Below are positions 46,413 through 57,200 of a stretch of DNA of 64,000 nt, piece after piece. Positions within the stretch are counted from its first letter, which is position 1. Each line of letters starts with the position of its first letter. The position numbers and the translations under genes are program-made. This DNA is from Clostridiales bacterium (GTDB lineage Bacteria > Bacillota > Clostridia > Oscillospirales > CAG-272), in NCBI GenBank assembly GCA_012800735.1, contig JAAZIU010000042.1, positions 36,809 to 100,808 on the forward strand, written 5' to 3'. The notes under the pieces were generated by a model. That model had not been told where the DNA came from, did not search any database, and saw only the letters and a list, made by a program, of their open reading frames with translations.

Positions 46413-48332
46413 ATGTCAGAAGCTCTTCAAAAGCTGGCGGAAATGTCAAACAGATACGGATCGAATCCGGACTACGTTCTCGCAGGCGGCGGAAACACTT
46501 CATATAAAGATGAGAAATATCTCTATATAAAGGGGTCCGGCACATCTCTTGCTACAATAAAGCCGGAAGAATTTGTCAAAATGACTCGTTCAAAGTTGGC
46601 AAAGATGCTTGAAAAGAAATATTCCGATGATGAAAAGAAACGCGAAGCCGAAGTTCTGTCTGACATGATGGATTCAAGGGCGAAGGGGGAGGGACGGCGC
46701 CCTTCCGTCGAAACTCTGCTGCATAATCTTTTCCCGCAGAAGTATGTTCTCCATCTTCATCCGGCTATGGTTAACGGCCTTACCTGCGGCAAGGACTACG
46801 AAGTAAGGGTTAAACAACTCTTCCCTTCCGCACTTGTCGTCGGCGTCTGTAAACCCGGATACACTCTTGCCGTAGCTTGCAATGAAGCCATCGAAAATCG
46901 GAAAAAGACATCAAAAAAACCTCCGGATCTTCTTTTCCTTCAAAATCACGGTGTGTTCTTTGCTGCAGATGATATTGAGATGCTTGACAAGCTGTTTTCA
47001 TTAACAATGAAAACGCTGAAAAAGTCGATTGTTCGTGAACCTGATTTCAGCAACTGCGACTTTGACAAAGAAAAAGCCGCCGCGCTTGCTCCGGCTCTTC
47101 GTATGATGTACGGAGAGGGGAAACCGGCAACAGCGAAATTTTTCGTTAACAGAGAAGTTCTTGTATATGAGCCGGAAACTAAGAGCTTTACACCCGATCA
47201 CATGGTTTACTATAAGGCAAAGGTTCTGATAGTTCCTGATAATTTCGATGCGGACGCTATTAAAGCGCTCTTTGATAAATTTACAGCTGAAAACGGCTAT
47301 AAACCTCGTATCGCATATGTCAGGGGTCTTGGTTGTTTCGCGCTTGGAGATACATATAAAGCCGCAAACACCGCAATGCTGCTCTTCCTTGATGCGGTAA
47401 AGATCGCTTGTTACGCTGAATCTTTCGGAGGCTCATCTCCGATGCCCGATTGGCTTATTAACTTCATAATAAACTGGGAAGTTGAAAGCTACAGAAGTAA
47501 GGTAGCAGCGGCATCTTCCGAATCAAAGCGGCTTGAAAACAAGATTGTCATTGTAACCGGAGCAGCTCAGGGATTCGGCAAAGGTATCGCCGAACACCTC
47601 GCCTCGGAAGGCGCTTATGTTGTAATTGCCGACTTGAATTACGATGGCGCCAAGTCAGCCTCTGACGAAATACCGAATTCGTTGCCGGTCTCGGTGAATG
47701 TGGCAAATGAAGAGTCGGTAAAGGAAATGGTTAATACCACGGTGCTGCATTACGGCGGTCTTGATGTTCTCATTAACAATGCCGGCGTTGCCAGAGCGGG
47801 CAGTCTTGATGAAATGACCGAAAAGACCTTCGACTTCGTTACATCGGTCAACTATAAGGGCTATTTCCTCTGCGTTAAATACGCTACCGTTCCTATGAAA
47901 ATTCAGCATCGCTTCTGCCCCGATTATATGTCTGATGTTATCGAGATAAACTCAAAATCGGGCCTCGAAGGCTCCAATAAAAACTTTGCCTACGCTGGCT
48001 CTAAATTCGGAGGAATCGGATTAACTCAAAGTTTTGCGCTTGAACTTATTGAGCATAATATTAAAGTCAACGCCATCTGTCCCGGAAACTTCCTTGACGG
48101 TCCGTTATGGAGCGATCCTGAAAAAGGATTGTTTGTGCAGTATCTGAAAGCCGGAAAAGTTCCGGGAGCGAAGACCACACAAGATGTACGCAAACATTAC
48201 GAAGATAAGGTTCCGATGAGACGCGGCTGCGAGATTATAGATGTTGTACGGGCAATTTACTATATCATAGAGCAAAAATACGAGATCGGCCAAGCTATTC
48301 CCGTTACCGGCGGCCAGTTGATGCTAAACTAA
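46413..48332 (+). CDS. bifunctional class-II aldolase/adducin-domain + short-chain dehydrogenase protein (YuxG/RhaEW-like)
   Basis: The N-terminal aldolase-like half is followed by the SDR motifs TGAAQGFG, NNAG and YAGSK. Confidence 0.8.
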   Translation: MSEALQKLAEMSNRYGSNPDYVLAGGGNTSYKDEKYLYIKGSGTSLATIKPEEFVKMTRSKLAKMLEKKYSDDEKKREAEVLSDMMDSRAKGEGRRPSVETLLHNLFPQKYVLHLHPAMVNGLTCGKDYEVRVKQLFPSALVVGVCKPGYTLAVACNEAIENRKKTSKKPPDLLFLQNHGVFFAADDIEMLDKLFSLTMKTLKKSIVREPDFSNCDFDKEKAAALAPALRMMYGEGKPATAKFFVNREVLVYEPETKSFTPDHMVYYKAKVLIVPDNFDADAIKALFDKFTAENGYKPRIAYVRGLGCFALGDTYKAANTAMLLFLDAVKIACYAESFGGSSPMPDWLINFIINWEVESYRSKVAAASSESKRLENKIVIVTGAAQGFGKGIAEHLASEGAYVVIADLNYDGAKSASDEIPNSLPVSVNVANEESVKEMVNTTVLHYGGLDVLINNAGVARAGSLDEMTEKTFDFVTSVNYKGYFLCVKYATVPMKIQHRFCPDYMSDVIEINSKSGLEGSNKNFAYAGSKFGGIGLTQSFALELIEHNIKVNAICPGNFLDGPLWSDPEKGLFVQYLKAGKVPGAKTTQDVRKHYEDKVPMRRGCEIIDVVRAIYYIIEQKYEIGQAIPVTGGQLMLN

Positions 48333-48343
48333 GGGAGGATGAA

Positions 48344-49480
48344 ATGGCTGACAATAATCGTGTAAGATATGTAAATAATCATATCCATACAACATATTCA
48401 TTCTCTCCTTATACCCCTACCGCTGCGGTCGAAACTGCCAAAAAAAATGGCCTAGAAACCGCCGGATGCATGGATCATGACAGCTCCGCAGGTTCGTGGG
48501 AGTTTATTGAAGCAGGCAAGAAATTCGGGATGCCGGTAACAGTCGGAGTTGAATGTCGCGTTGATATGTCCAAAACTCCGCTCAACGGAAGGCTCATTAA
48601 TAATCCGGATCAGGATTCGATAGCTTATGTTGCAATGCACGGAATACCTCATCAGAATATCGACGCAGTAAACGAATGGTTTGCGCCTTACAGAGCTTTC
48701 CGCAATGAGCGCAATGACGCGATGTGCAAGAATATCGATGTTCTGGTTCGTCCATTCGGATTATCGCTTGATTTTGAGCGTGATGTGCTCCCGCTTTCAA
48801 ACTACGCAGTCGGCGGTTCGGTTACGGAAAGGCATATTACATATGCCCTGTCAAAAAAAATCACTACAAAATATCAAACTCCGCCAGAAGTGGTTAGTTT
48901 TCTTCGAGACGGAATGAACCTGCCGCTTGACAAGAAAAAAAACGACATGCTTCTTTCAGGAGATAAATACCCTCAGTATTATGAATATGATATTCTCGGT
49001 ATCCTTAAAAGCAGTCTTGTGGAAAGATTCTATGTCAACGCGGATAAGGAATGCCCTGATGTCAGTGAATTCATCGCAATGGTGAGGGAATTCGGCGGTA
49101 TCTCCGCATATCCCTATCTCGGTGATGTGGGTGACAGTGTCACAGGTGACAAGAAAGCGCAGAAGTTCGAAGATGATTACCTTGATGAGCTGATGGTAGT
49201 TATAAAGGATCTCGGTTTCGACGCCGTAACCTATATGCCTACCCGTAATTCCCCGGCACAGCTTGATCGCATCATGTCACTTTGCGAAAAAAACAGGTTT
49301 TTCCAGATCAGCGGCGAGGACATAAACTCCCCGCGCCAAAGCTTTATCTGCAAAGCATATGAAGATCCAAAGTTCTATCATCTTGTTGATGCGGCATTTA
49401 CACTTATTGATTATGAAAATGCGGCGACCGAAAACATAGCCGCCGCAAGAGAAAAATTCAGCTTTATATTCGAAAAATAA
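48344..49480 (+). CDS. PHP-domain (polymerase/histidinol phosphatase-like) metal-dependent phosphoesterase
   Basis: N-terminal NNHIHTTYS and DHD motifs. Confidence 0.65.
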   Translation: MADNNRVRYVNNHIHTTYSFSPYTPTAAVETAKKNGLETAGCMDHDSSAGSWEFIEAGKKFGMPVTVGVECRVDMSKTPLNGRLINNPDQDSIAYVAMHGIPHQNIDAVNEWFAPYRAFRNERNDAMCKNIDVLVRPFGLSLDFERDVLPLSNYAVGGSVTERHITYALSKKITTKYQTPPEVVSFLRDGMNLPLDKKKNDMLLSGDKYPQYYEYDILGILKSSLVERFYVNADKECPDVSEFIAMVREFGGISAYPYLGDVGDSVTGDKKAQKFEDDYLDELMVVIKDLGFDAVTYMPTRNSPAQLDRIMSLCEKNRFFQISGEDINSPRQSFICKAYEDPKFYHLVDAAFTLIDYENAATENIAAAREKFSFIFEK

Positions 49481-49488
49481 AAAAGTGA

Positions 49489-49515
49489 CGGCGGGAATGC
49501 ATTTCCCGCCGTTTA
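49489..49515. terminator. bidirectional intrinsic terminator
   Basis: ACGGCGGGAA-tgcat-TTCCCGCCGT flanked by an A-run and a short T-run. Confidence 0.7.
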
Positions 49516-49517
49516 AC

Positions 49518-49994
49518 TTATTCATCCTTTTTATCAGCGTTAACTTGCGAACTTTTAAGTTCTGTCAGTTCTTTCATGAAAGTGTCGACATCCTTAAATT
49601 CACGATAAACCGATGCGAATCTTACATAAGATACCTCATCCAGATTCCTTAAACTGTCCATAACCATAGAACCTATTTCAGAGGAGCTTATCTCCCGCCG
49701 CATTGAATTTACAATACTTGACTCTATATCAGAAATGATATTGTCCAACTGAGCGTTTGAGACCGGTCTTTTATAGCAAGCCTTTACAAGTCCGGTCATA
49801 ATCTTGTTGCGGTCGAAAATCTCGCGGGAGCCATCTTTTTTTATCACAAAAATCGGTCCTGCTTCGATATATTCATATGTTGTAAACCGAAAGCGACAGC
49901 TGAGGCATTCGCGCCGCCTTCTGATGCTGTCATCTCCTGTCGGACGCGAATCGATTACTTTAGTGTCTTCGAAGCTACAGCTAGGGCATTTCAT
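49518..49994 (-). CDS. nrdR: transcriptional repressor NrdR
   Basis: MKCPSCSFEDTKVIDSRP...RRRECLSCRFRFTTYE Zn ribbon plus an ATP-cone. Confidence 0.95.
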   Translation of the reverse strand: MKCPSCSFEDTKVIDSRPTGDDSIRRRRECLSCRFRFTTYEYIEAGPIFVIKKDGSREIFDRNKIMTGLVKACYKRPVSNAQLDNIISDIESSIVNSMRREISSSEIGSMVMDSLRNLDEVSYVRFASVYREFKDVDTFMKELTELKSSQVNADKKDE

Positions 49995-50027
49995 ATGACC
50001 ACCTCACAATGTATGACCGATATCCGA

Positions 50028-50792
50028 TTATTCGAGACCGAGAGATTTGCAATATTTATATGAAGATTCAAGGCATTTGAAAGGATCTTCACCATAACAG
50101 TCATCCTGCTCGATATAAGCGAATTTCGTTCCGCCCGTGACACAGGCTTCCGCTATTTTTTCGAAATCAAGAATTCCGGAACCTACGGGAGCATATCGCT
50201 TGGTTCCGTCTGTCAAAACTGCCATGTCTTTAAAATGAACACAAGGGATCCGACCGCTGAATTTCCTGAATTCTTCAACAGGATCTGCGCCGGCGAATTT
50301 AATCCAATATGAGTCAAGGGTAAATCCCATCAGTTCTGCCGGAAACGCTGCTGCAAGACGATCCATATATGTCATGTCTTCGTATACCCGATACTCTACA
50401 TCGTGGTTATGATACATAAGCAAAGAACCGAGCTTGCTCATTTTTCTTGCTGCGGGCAGACCTTTTGAAACATAATTTATATAGTCGTCGACGCCGTTGT
50501 TCAAAAAACCGGGCATTGAGCCGACTCCGATGTATTTGCATTTAAAAATGTCATGCTCTTCGACGACCTTTTCGGTTTCGTCGGTTATCCTGTTGAAATT
50601 GAAGTGTGTGAGATCACAGCTGAGACCGTTTATATCAAGCTGCTCTTTGAGCCACAGAGGCTCATAGGCGCAGGTTCCGGAGACCTGAACGGTTTTGAAT
50701 CCAATATCAGCTACTTTCTTAAGTGTTTCTGCAAAATCTGCGGTGTTTTTGCAATAATCGCGTAGGGTATATAATTGAGCGCCTATCAACAT
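50028..50792 (-). CDS. sugar phosphate isomerase/epimerase (xylose isomerase-like TIM barrel)
   Basis: Contains YHNHDVEY, HFKD and IEQD segments, like the paralogs at 17140 and 5523. Confidence 0.75.
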   Translation of the reverse strand: MLIGAQLYTLRDYCKNTADFAETLKKVADIGFKTVQVSGTCAYEPLWLKEQLDINGLSCDLTHFNFNRITDETEKVVEEHDIFKCKYIGVGSMPGFLNNGVDDYINYVSKGLPAARKMSKLGSLLMYHNHDVEYRVYEDMTYMDRLAAAFPAELMGFTLDSYWIKFAGADPVEEFRKFSGRIPCVHFKDMAVLTDGTKRYAPVGSGILDFEKIAEACVTGGTKFAYIEQDDCYGEDPFKCLESSYKYCKSLGLE

Positions 50793-50897
50793 GATTTCTT
50801 ACCTCTTTTAGTTTATCTTATATTATGATTATAATAGTTTTTCGGATAAATGTCAAGTCAAATTGCATAATATATTTATAAAAACAGTTGACTTTAA

Positions 50898-51902
50898 TTA
50901 CTTCTCTGTTTTTCTGTTTCGATTTGATACATAAACATAGATTATAAGTTTATATGCTATTATAAAACAGAGGAAAAATAACAGGATAGCCGAAACTATG
51001 ATTAAAAGTGCTGTTTTGCTTATTTCCTTATCGGATTTTACTGTAGAGTCTGTTTCCGGTATCTCAACGGTATTTGTTTCTGTTACGACAGCATTATCAT
51101 TCGCTTCGCTGCTCTTTCTTTGACTGAACATCCAATCGAGAGAATCGAAGTATGCTTCCGGCCAGATGCTGAAATGATTGCCGCCAGAGATAAGTATCAG
51201 CTCTGCATCCGCATTGATTCCTTTAAGCGCATTGTTAACAGCAATATCTCCGGATGGCGGAACTATGTCGTCGGAATCTCCGTGATATGCTCTTACAGGA
51301 GTCTTTGATATATTTTCAGCCATTTCTGGGTCAGCTCCGCCGCAAATCGGTACGGCAGCGGCAAAAATGCCGGGATGTCTTGCCAGAAGATCCCAGGTAC
51401 CGTAACCGCCCATGGAAATACCTGTAACATAGAGGCGCTCTTCGTTTCCGTTGTAGTTTTCGATGAAATAATCTACAAGCCTGAAAGCTGCCTTAATAGC
51501 TTTTGTTTCCGCAATGCTATCGGTTGAATAAACTCCGCTGTTCCATTCAACATCCACCCATTTGCTGCCGTATGGTGATTGCGGAAAGAGGTAAATAGCA
51601 GGATATTCATCAATATAACCATATTCGAAAAGCAATATAGGCAGACCATATTCAAGCTGCCTTTCATTATCATTACCGATTTCACCGGCGGTATGAAGGT
51701 ATAAAACCACCGGATATCTCTTTTCTTTATAATCATCGGGAAGATACGCCCGGTATTTTATCTCAAATTCATCGTATATGAAGCTGTCTGATATAAGCGA
51801 ACTTCTGTTTGATGAGGCAAAAGAATTCAACAAAGAGAATATCGCGATAATAATCGCAGCGACAACAAAAAACGCTGTGTGTAGTATTGACTTATTTTTC
51901 AT
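50898..51902 (-). CDS. membrane-anchored alpha/beta hydrolase (esterase/peptidase S9-like)
   Basis: Trimmed to MKNKSILHTAFFVVAAIIIAIF. Nucleophile elbow GISMGG. It also has a C-terminal TM segment. Confidence 0.7.
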   Translation of the reverse strand: MKNKSILHTAFFVVAAIIIAIFSLLNSFASSNRSSLISDSFIYDEFEIKYRAYLPDDYKEKRYPVVLYLHTAGEIGNDNERQLEYGLPILLFEYGYIDEYPAIYLFPQSPYGSKWVDVEWNSGVYSTDSIAETKAIKAAFRLVDYFIENYNGNEERLYVTGISMGGYGTWDLLARHPGIFAAAVPICGGADPEMAENISKTPVRAYHGDSDDIVPPSGDIAVNNALKGINADAELILISGGNHFSIWPEAYFDSLDWMFSQRKSSEANDNAVVTETNTVEIPETDSTVKSDKEISKTALLIIVSAILLFFLCFIIAYKLIIYVYVSNRNRKTEK

Positions 51903-51957
51903 TTTGTGATAAAATTTCTGATATATATAGTATGAATCGAATGTTAGGAGAATAAAA

Positions 51958-53439
51958 ATGAAATTTATTATGTCTATCGACTGCGGTACCACTTCGGAAC
52001 GCTGTATGATTTTTGATCATCAACTTAATATCAAAGCGGTATCGCAGCGGGAATTCAGGCAGATATATCCAAAAGCCGGCTGGGTTGAACAGGATCCCGG
52101 CGATATTTGGGAAACTCTGCTCTTCGTTTGTCGAGATGCTATGGCAAAAGCCGGTATCGGAGCCGAGGCCATCGCGGCTGTTGGAATCGCAAATCAACGC
52201 GAAACCACTATTGTTTGGAACAGATATACGGGCGAGCCCGTAATGAACGCTATCGTATGGCAATGCAGGCGAACTGCATCCGAGGCGGAGAAGCTGAAAT
52301 CCGGGGGGTATTCGGAAAAAATCAAGCTTAAAACCGGACTTGTACCCGACGCTTATTTTTCATCTACAAAACTTAAATGGATTCTTGAAAGCGATGAAAT
52401 AATCCGTAAATCCGCCGAAAACGGCGAACTCTTATTCGGAACTGTCGACAGCTGGGTTATCTGGAAGCTGACCGGAGGCAAGATCCACGCGACTGATTAT
52501 ACCAACGCTTCAAGGACAATGCTTTTTAACATACAGGATTTCAACTGGGACGATGATCTTTTGCGTACATTCGCTATTCCGAAATCTATGATGCCCTCGG
52601 TACACTCGTCGTCAGGATATTTCGGCGAAACCGAAGATGTTGTTTTCGGAAAGCCGATACCCATTATGGGTGCGGCGGGTGATCAGCAAGCTGCGCTTTT
52701 CGGCCAATGCTGCTTTGAACCGGGACAGGTAAAAAACACATACGGAACAGGCGGATTTCTACTTATGAATACCGGAAAGAGACCGGTATTCTCCTCAGGA
52801 GGACTTCTGACAACAATTTCCTGCGGCAACGGCGGCGAACCCGGTTATGCGTTGGAAGGTTCCGTTTTCATCGCCGGTGCCGCGATACAATGGCTGCGCG
52901 ACGAGCTTGGAATTATTGAGAACGCTGCTCAAAGCGAAGAACTTGCGATGTCGGTCGAAGACACTTCAGGCTGCTACTTTGTTCCGGCATTTACCGGGCT
53001 TGGGGCTCCTTATTGGGATCAATCGGCAAGAGGAGCTATTTTGGGACTTACGAGAGGGGTCGGACGCAGTCACATCGTTCGCGCTGCTCTCGAAGCGATT
53101 GCGTTTCAAACGGAAGATATACTTGAGGTAATGAGGAAAGACTCAGGTATTAACATAAGCCGGCTTGCCATAGACGGAGGGGCGGCGCAGAATAACTTTT
53201 TAGCTTCATTTCAGTCAGATATATCTGATGTTGAGATAATCCGTCCGTCTTGTGTTGAAACCACCGCTCTCGGTGCGGCGTTTCTTGCCGGAATAGGCTG
53301 CGGTTTCTGGAAAGACTTGGATGAGGTCATGGGATACTGCAAAGCTGACAGAACCTTTACCCCTTCCATGTCTATTTCCAAACGCTCCAGGTTTTTATCC
53401 GGCTGGCACGATGCGGTAAAGCGTGTTCTTTGTAACTAA
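51958..53439 (+). CDS. glpK: glycerol kinase
   Basis: MSIDCGTTSERCMIFD, GIANQRETT and the FGGY C-terminal motifs. Confidence 0.95.
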   Translation: MKFIMSIDCGTTSERCMIFDHQLNIKAVSQREFRQIYPKAGWVEQDPGDIWETLLFVCRDAMAKAGIGAEAIAAVGIANQRETTIVWNRYTGEPVMNAIVWQCRRTASEAEKLKSGGYSEKIKLKTGLVPDAYFSSTKLKWILESDEIIRKSAENGELLFGTVDSWVIWKLTGGKIHATDYTNASRTMLFNIQDFNWDDDLLRTFAIPKSMMPSVHSSSGYFGETEDVVFGKPIPIMGAAGDQQAALFGQCCFEPGQVKNTYGTGGFLLMNTGKRPVFSSGGLLTTISCGNGGEPGYALEGSVFIAGAAIQWLRDELGIIENAAQSEELAMSVEDTSGCYFVPAFTGLGAPYWDQSARGAILGLTRGVGRSHIVRAALEAIAFQTEDILEVMRKDSGINISRLAIDGGAAQNNFLASFQSDISDVEIIRPSCVETTALGAAFLAGIGCGFWKDLDEVMGYCKADRTFTPSMSISKRSRFLSGWHDAVKRVLCN

Positions 53440-53511
53440 ACAAATACTATTTTATAATAGTTAATCTGATTTGGGCTATTAGATATTACAAAATTAGCCG
53501 GAAATTTCTTT

Positions 53512-53544
53512 ATCACCGAGCTAAATCTGCTCGGTGATTTTTTC
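53512..53544 (+). terminator. intrinsic terminator of glpK
   Basis: ATCACCGAG-ctaaatctg-CTCGGTGAT followed by T6. Confidence 0.8.
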
Positions 53545-53757
53545 GCATTTTATTAATTGTCGGCACTAATGAGTTTATTGTATTTTGTCATTGTTTAACT
53601 GTCGAACAATTATAAAAGTATTTCTTTTATTATATTTTATATGATTATACTACAAAATTCGGTTTCTGTCGATATATTCCGCATTAAAAATTCACACAAC
53701 AAGAGTAAAATATTATATAACTATTTGTATTGGATTACTCACTAATCGAGGTAAATA

Positions 53758-55632
53758 ATGAAAAAGGTTAAAAAACCAAGAAAACCAATTATTTTCTATT
53801 ATATAATTGCAATGGCAGTGCTTTTAATTGTAAACTCTCTCCTTCTGCCGAGACTTGCCAAAACACAAATCAAAGAGGTCGATTACGGCACCTTCCTTGA
53901 CATGATAGAAGCTCGTGAAATCGATGAAGTGCAAATCGAAAGCAACCAGATCATCTTTTCTGATAAGGCTTTTCCAATAAATTATTATCGCACCGGAATT
54001 CTTGAAGATCCCGGACTCGTTGAGCGGCTTCATGCGGCAGGAGCTCACTTCGGTTCTGAAATAGTCGAACAGATGTCCCCCCTGCTGTCGTTTCTGTTAA
54101 CATGGGTTCTCCCTCTTGCTGTTTTTATACTGATTGGCCGCTTTATATCAAAAAAGATGCTTGATCAGGTTGGCGGAATGGGCGCAATGTCTTTTGGCAA
54201 AAGCAATGCTAAAATATATGTCGAATCGGAGACCGGTGTGAAATTCAGCGATGTAGCCGGAGCAGATGAAGCTAAGGATTCGCTGCGGGAAATAGTTGAT
54301 TTTCTTCACAACCCACAAAAATACACCGAAATAGGCGCAACTCTGCCTAAAGGCGTTCTTCTTGTCGGGCCTCCCGGAACCGGCAAGACTTTAATTGCCA
54401 GGGCAGTAGCCGGAGAAGCCGGTGTTCCCTTCTTCTCGATATCCGGTTCTGAATTTGTAGAAATGTTTGTCGGAATGGGCGCTGCAAAAGTGCGGGATTT
54501 ATTCAAACAGGCGGAGGAAAAAGCTCCCTGTATCGTTTTTATCGACGAAATTGATACCATAGGCAAAAAGCGTGACAGTATCGGTATCACCGGCAATGAC
54601 GAGCGCGAACAGACCCTTAATCAGCTCCTTACCGAGATGGACGGCTTTGACGGCCGCAAAGGAGTTATTATTTTGGCGGCTACAAACCGTCCTGAAACCC
54701 TTGATCCCGCCCTGCTTCGTCCCGGACGCTTTGACCGCCGCATACCCGTTGAGTTGCCTGACCAGGCAGGTCGCGTAGCGATATTGAAAGTTCATGCAAA
54801 GAAAATCAAACTTGCTGCCGATGTCGATTTCGAGGCTATTGCAAGAATGGCGGTAGGAACATCCGGCGCCGATCTGGCTAATATTATCAACGAAGCTGCG
54901 TTGAGCGCTATAAGGCATAACCGAACCGCAGTAATACAGAAAGACCTTGAGGATAGTATTGAAATTGTTATCGCCGGATATGAAAAGAAAAATCAAGTTC
55001 TGTCTGACAAAGAAAAGCTGATTGTCGCATACCACGAGATCGGTCATGCACTTGTAGCTGCAAAACAGACAAACGATGCTCCGGTACATAAAATAACAAT
55101 AATACCGCGTACCTCTGGCGCTCTCGGATTTACAATGCAGGTATATGAAAATGATAAATATCTGATGTCGAAGGATGAGCTCAAGGATCAAATATGCAGA
55201 CTCACTGCGGGACGCGCAGCCGAAAAGGTTGTGTTTGATACGGTAACTACCGGCGCGGCAAACGATATCGAAAAGGCGACAAAGCTGGCGCGCGCCATGA
55301 TTACTAAATACGGTATGTCAGAATTTGGCATGGTAGCTTTTGAAACTGCTGCCAATCAATATCTCGGTGGCGATGCCGCTCTTGCCTGTTCTTCCGAAAC
55401 ATCTGCGCAAATCGACCGAATGATTATTGAACTGGTAAACAAACAGTATGAGAGAGCTGTAGAAATTATCGAAGATAATTTAATCAAGCTTCATGAATGC
55501 GCTAAGTTTCTATATGAAAGAGAAAGTATCAGCGGCGAGCAATTTATGAAGATACTCAACGGTCCTGCCGGAGAACTTCCTGCGCCTGCTGAACCCGTTA
55601 TCGAGGATAAATCGAATGAGGTTGACAACTGA
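53758..55632 (+). CDS. ftsH: ATP-dependent zinc metalloprotease FtsH
   Basis: Two N-terminal TM helices, Walker [12 protein letters not shown], and Zn site HEIGHAL. Confidence 0.95.
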   Translation: MKKVKKPRKPIIFYYIIAMAVLLIVNSLLLPRLAKTQIKEVDYGTFLDMIEAREIDEVQIESNQIIFSDKAFPINYYRTGILEDPGLVERLHAAGAHFGSEIVEQMSPLLSFLLTWVLPLAVFILIGRFISKKMLDQVGGMGAMSFGKSNAKIYVESETGVKFSDVAGADEAKDSLREIVDFLHNPQKYTEIGATLPKGVLLVGPPGTGKTLIARAVAGEAGVPFFSISGSEFVEMFVGMGAAKVRDLFKQAEEKAPCIVFIDEIDTIGKKRDSIGITGNDEREQTLNQLLTEMDGFDGRKGVIILAATNRPETLDPALLRPGRFDRRIPVELPDQAGRVAILKVHAKKIKLAADVDFEAIARMAVGTSGADLANIINEAALSAIRHNRTAVIQKDLEDSIEIVIAGYEKKNQVLSDKEKLIVAYHEIGHALVAAKQTNDAPVHKITIIPRTSGALGFTMQVYENDKYLMSKDELKDQICRLTAGRAAEKVVFDTVTTGAANDIEKATKLARAMITKYGMSEFGMVAFETAANQYLGGDAALACSSETSAQIDRMIIELVNKQYERAVEIIEDNLIKLHECAKFLYERESISGEQFMKILNGPAGELPAPAEPVIEDKSNEVDN

Positions 55633-55694
55633 TTTTAAATAACTCGGCGTTTGCTTTTTGTTGTTTTTTATAATTATCTCTTCTCGAGGCATTT

Positions 55695-57014
55695 ATGTTA
55701 ATTGCTCTGATTTTATTTGTTATCACCTATGTTTTGATGCTGGTACTCACAAAATACCGACCCTGGATTGCTCTCAGCTCCGCTCTTATTTTTATCATTC
55801 TTGGTTACGCGGGTATTTTCGAGCTTAATATACTGTCGGCATTAAAAGCAGTCGATTATAATGTGCTCATGATGATTGGCGGAACTATGGGTATAGTTTC
55901 GTTGTTTATCGAAAGTAAAATGCCGGCGCGACTCGCGGAGATGCTCATATCGAAAGTATCGAATGTCAAATGGGCGGTTTGCTTGCTTGCGCTTTTTGCA
56001 GGAATAATTTCGGCATTTGTTGACAATGTCGCTACTGTCCTGATGGTCGCGCCGATAGGGCTGGCTATATCTCAAAAGTTGAAAATATCACCGGTGCCTG
56101 TGCTTATCTCTATCGCGGTTTCATCGAATCTTCAGGGAGCGGCGACACTTGTCGGAGATACGACAAGTATTCTGCTCGGCGGTTTTGCCGATATGAACTT
56201 TTTTGAGTTCTTTTGGTTTAATGGCAAACCCGGTATCTTCTGGGGAGTTGAGTTCGGTGCGTTAACATCACTTCTTGTGCTTCTGTGGCTTTTCCGCAAG
56301 GAAAATCAAGAAATTGATGCTAAAGTCGAAACTAAAGTATCTGATTACTTCCCGTCTTTTTTGATGGTCGGCGTCGTTGTCCTGCTTATTTTGGCTTCAT
56401 TTATACCGGAGCCTTCTGAAGGTGCTCTCCAAACGCTATACTCATTGAGAAGCGGTATAATATGCCTTTTCATGTGCATTATCGGCATTGTCAGAGCCTG
56501 TATAATAAACCGTGGTTTCGAACCCTTAAAAAGTGTTATAAGTGAATTGGATACAGATACCCTGCTTTTATTATTCGGCTTATTTATTATAATCGAAGGA
56601 ATTACAGCTGCAGGACTTATCGATCGTATATCAGAGCTCTTTTATAAAATAGCCGGGGATAACAAATTCCTGTTGTATACAATAATCGTTTTCTTTTCAG
56701 TTATTCTTTCGGCGTTTATTGATAATATTCCATATGTTGCCACCATGCTTCCCGTTGTTCAGAGAATATCCGGAATGATGAACGGAGGCGCGGGAGTTGA
56801 GCCGTATGTATTCTATTTCGGTCTTCTCATAGGAGCAACACTCGGCGGAAACCTTACTCCGATAGGCGCTTCAGCTAATATCGCCGCAATCGGTATACTC
56901 AGGAAAAACGGATATGAAGTCAAGAACAAAGATTTTCTGAGGATAGGCGTACCTTTCACGCTTGTTGCGGTACTTACCGGATATGTTTATTTATGGATTG
57001 TTTGGGGAATGTAA
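55695..57014 (+). CDS. ArsB/NhaD-superfamily (CitMHS-like) ion/anion permease
   Basis: About 12 hydrophobic helices. The segments SAFVDNVATVLM and SAFIDNIPYVA recur in the two halves. Confidence 0.7.
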   Translation: MLIALILFVITYVLMLVLTKYRPWIALSSALIFIILGYAGIFELNILSALKAVDYNVLMMIGGTMGIVSLFIESKMPARLAEMLISKVSNVKWAVCLLALFAGIISAFVDNVATVLMVAPIGLAISQKLKISPVPVLISIAVSSNLQGAATLVGDTTSILLGGFADMNFFEFFWFNGKPGIFWGVEFGALTSLLVLLWLFRKENQEIDAKVETKVSDYFPSFLMVGVVVLLILASFIPEPSEGALQTLYSLRSGIICLFMCIIGIVRACIINRGFEPLKSVISELDTDTLLLLFGLFIIIEGITAAGLIDRISELFYKIAGDNKFLLYTIIVFFSVILSAFIDNIPYVATMLPVVQRISGMMNGGAGVEPYVFYFGLLIGATLGGNLTPIGASANIAAIGILRKNGYEVKNKDFLRIGVPFTLVAVLTGYVYLWIVWGM

Positions 57015-57019
57015 TTTAT

Positions 57020-57047
57020 AAAAAAGAGCTTTCACGGCTCTTTTTTA
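57020..57047 (+). terminator. intrinsic terminator (short stem)
   Basis: AAGAGC-tttcacg-GCTCTT followed by a T-run. Confidence 0.5.
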
Positions 57048-57200
57048 TTCTTTGATGTAGTCGTTTGGGAATAAGTGTCAATAAAATATTTTAAGCATTA
57101 CATTTTTTCGCGCCGTTTCACACAATAATAAAGTGGTTTTTTGAAATGTTGATTTTACAAATAATTAATACAATACATTAGTGCAATACGCATATTAATG

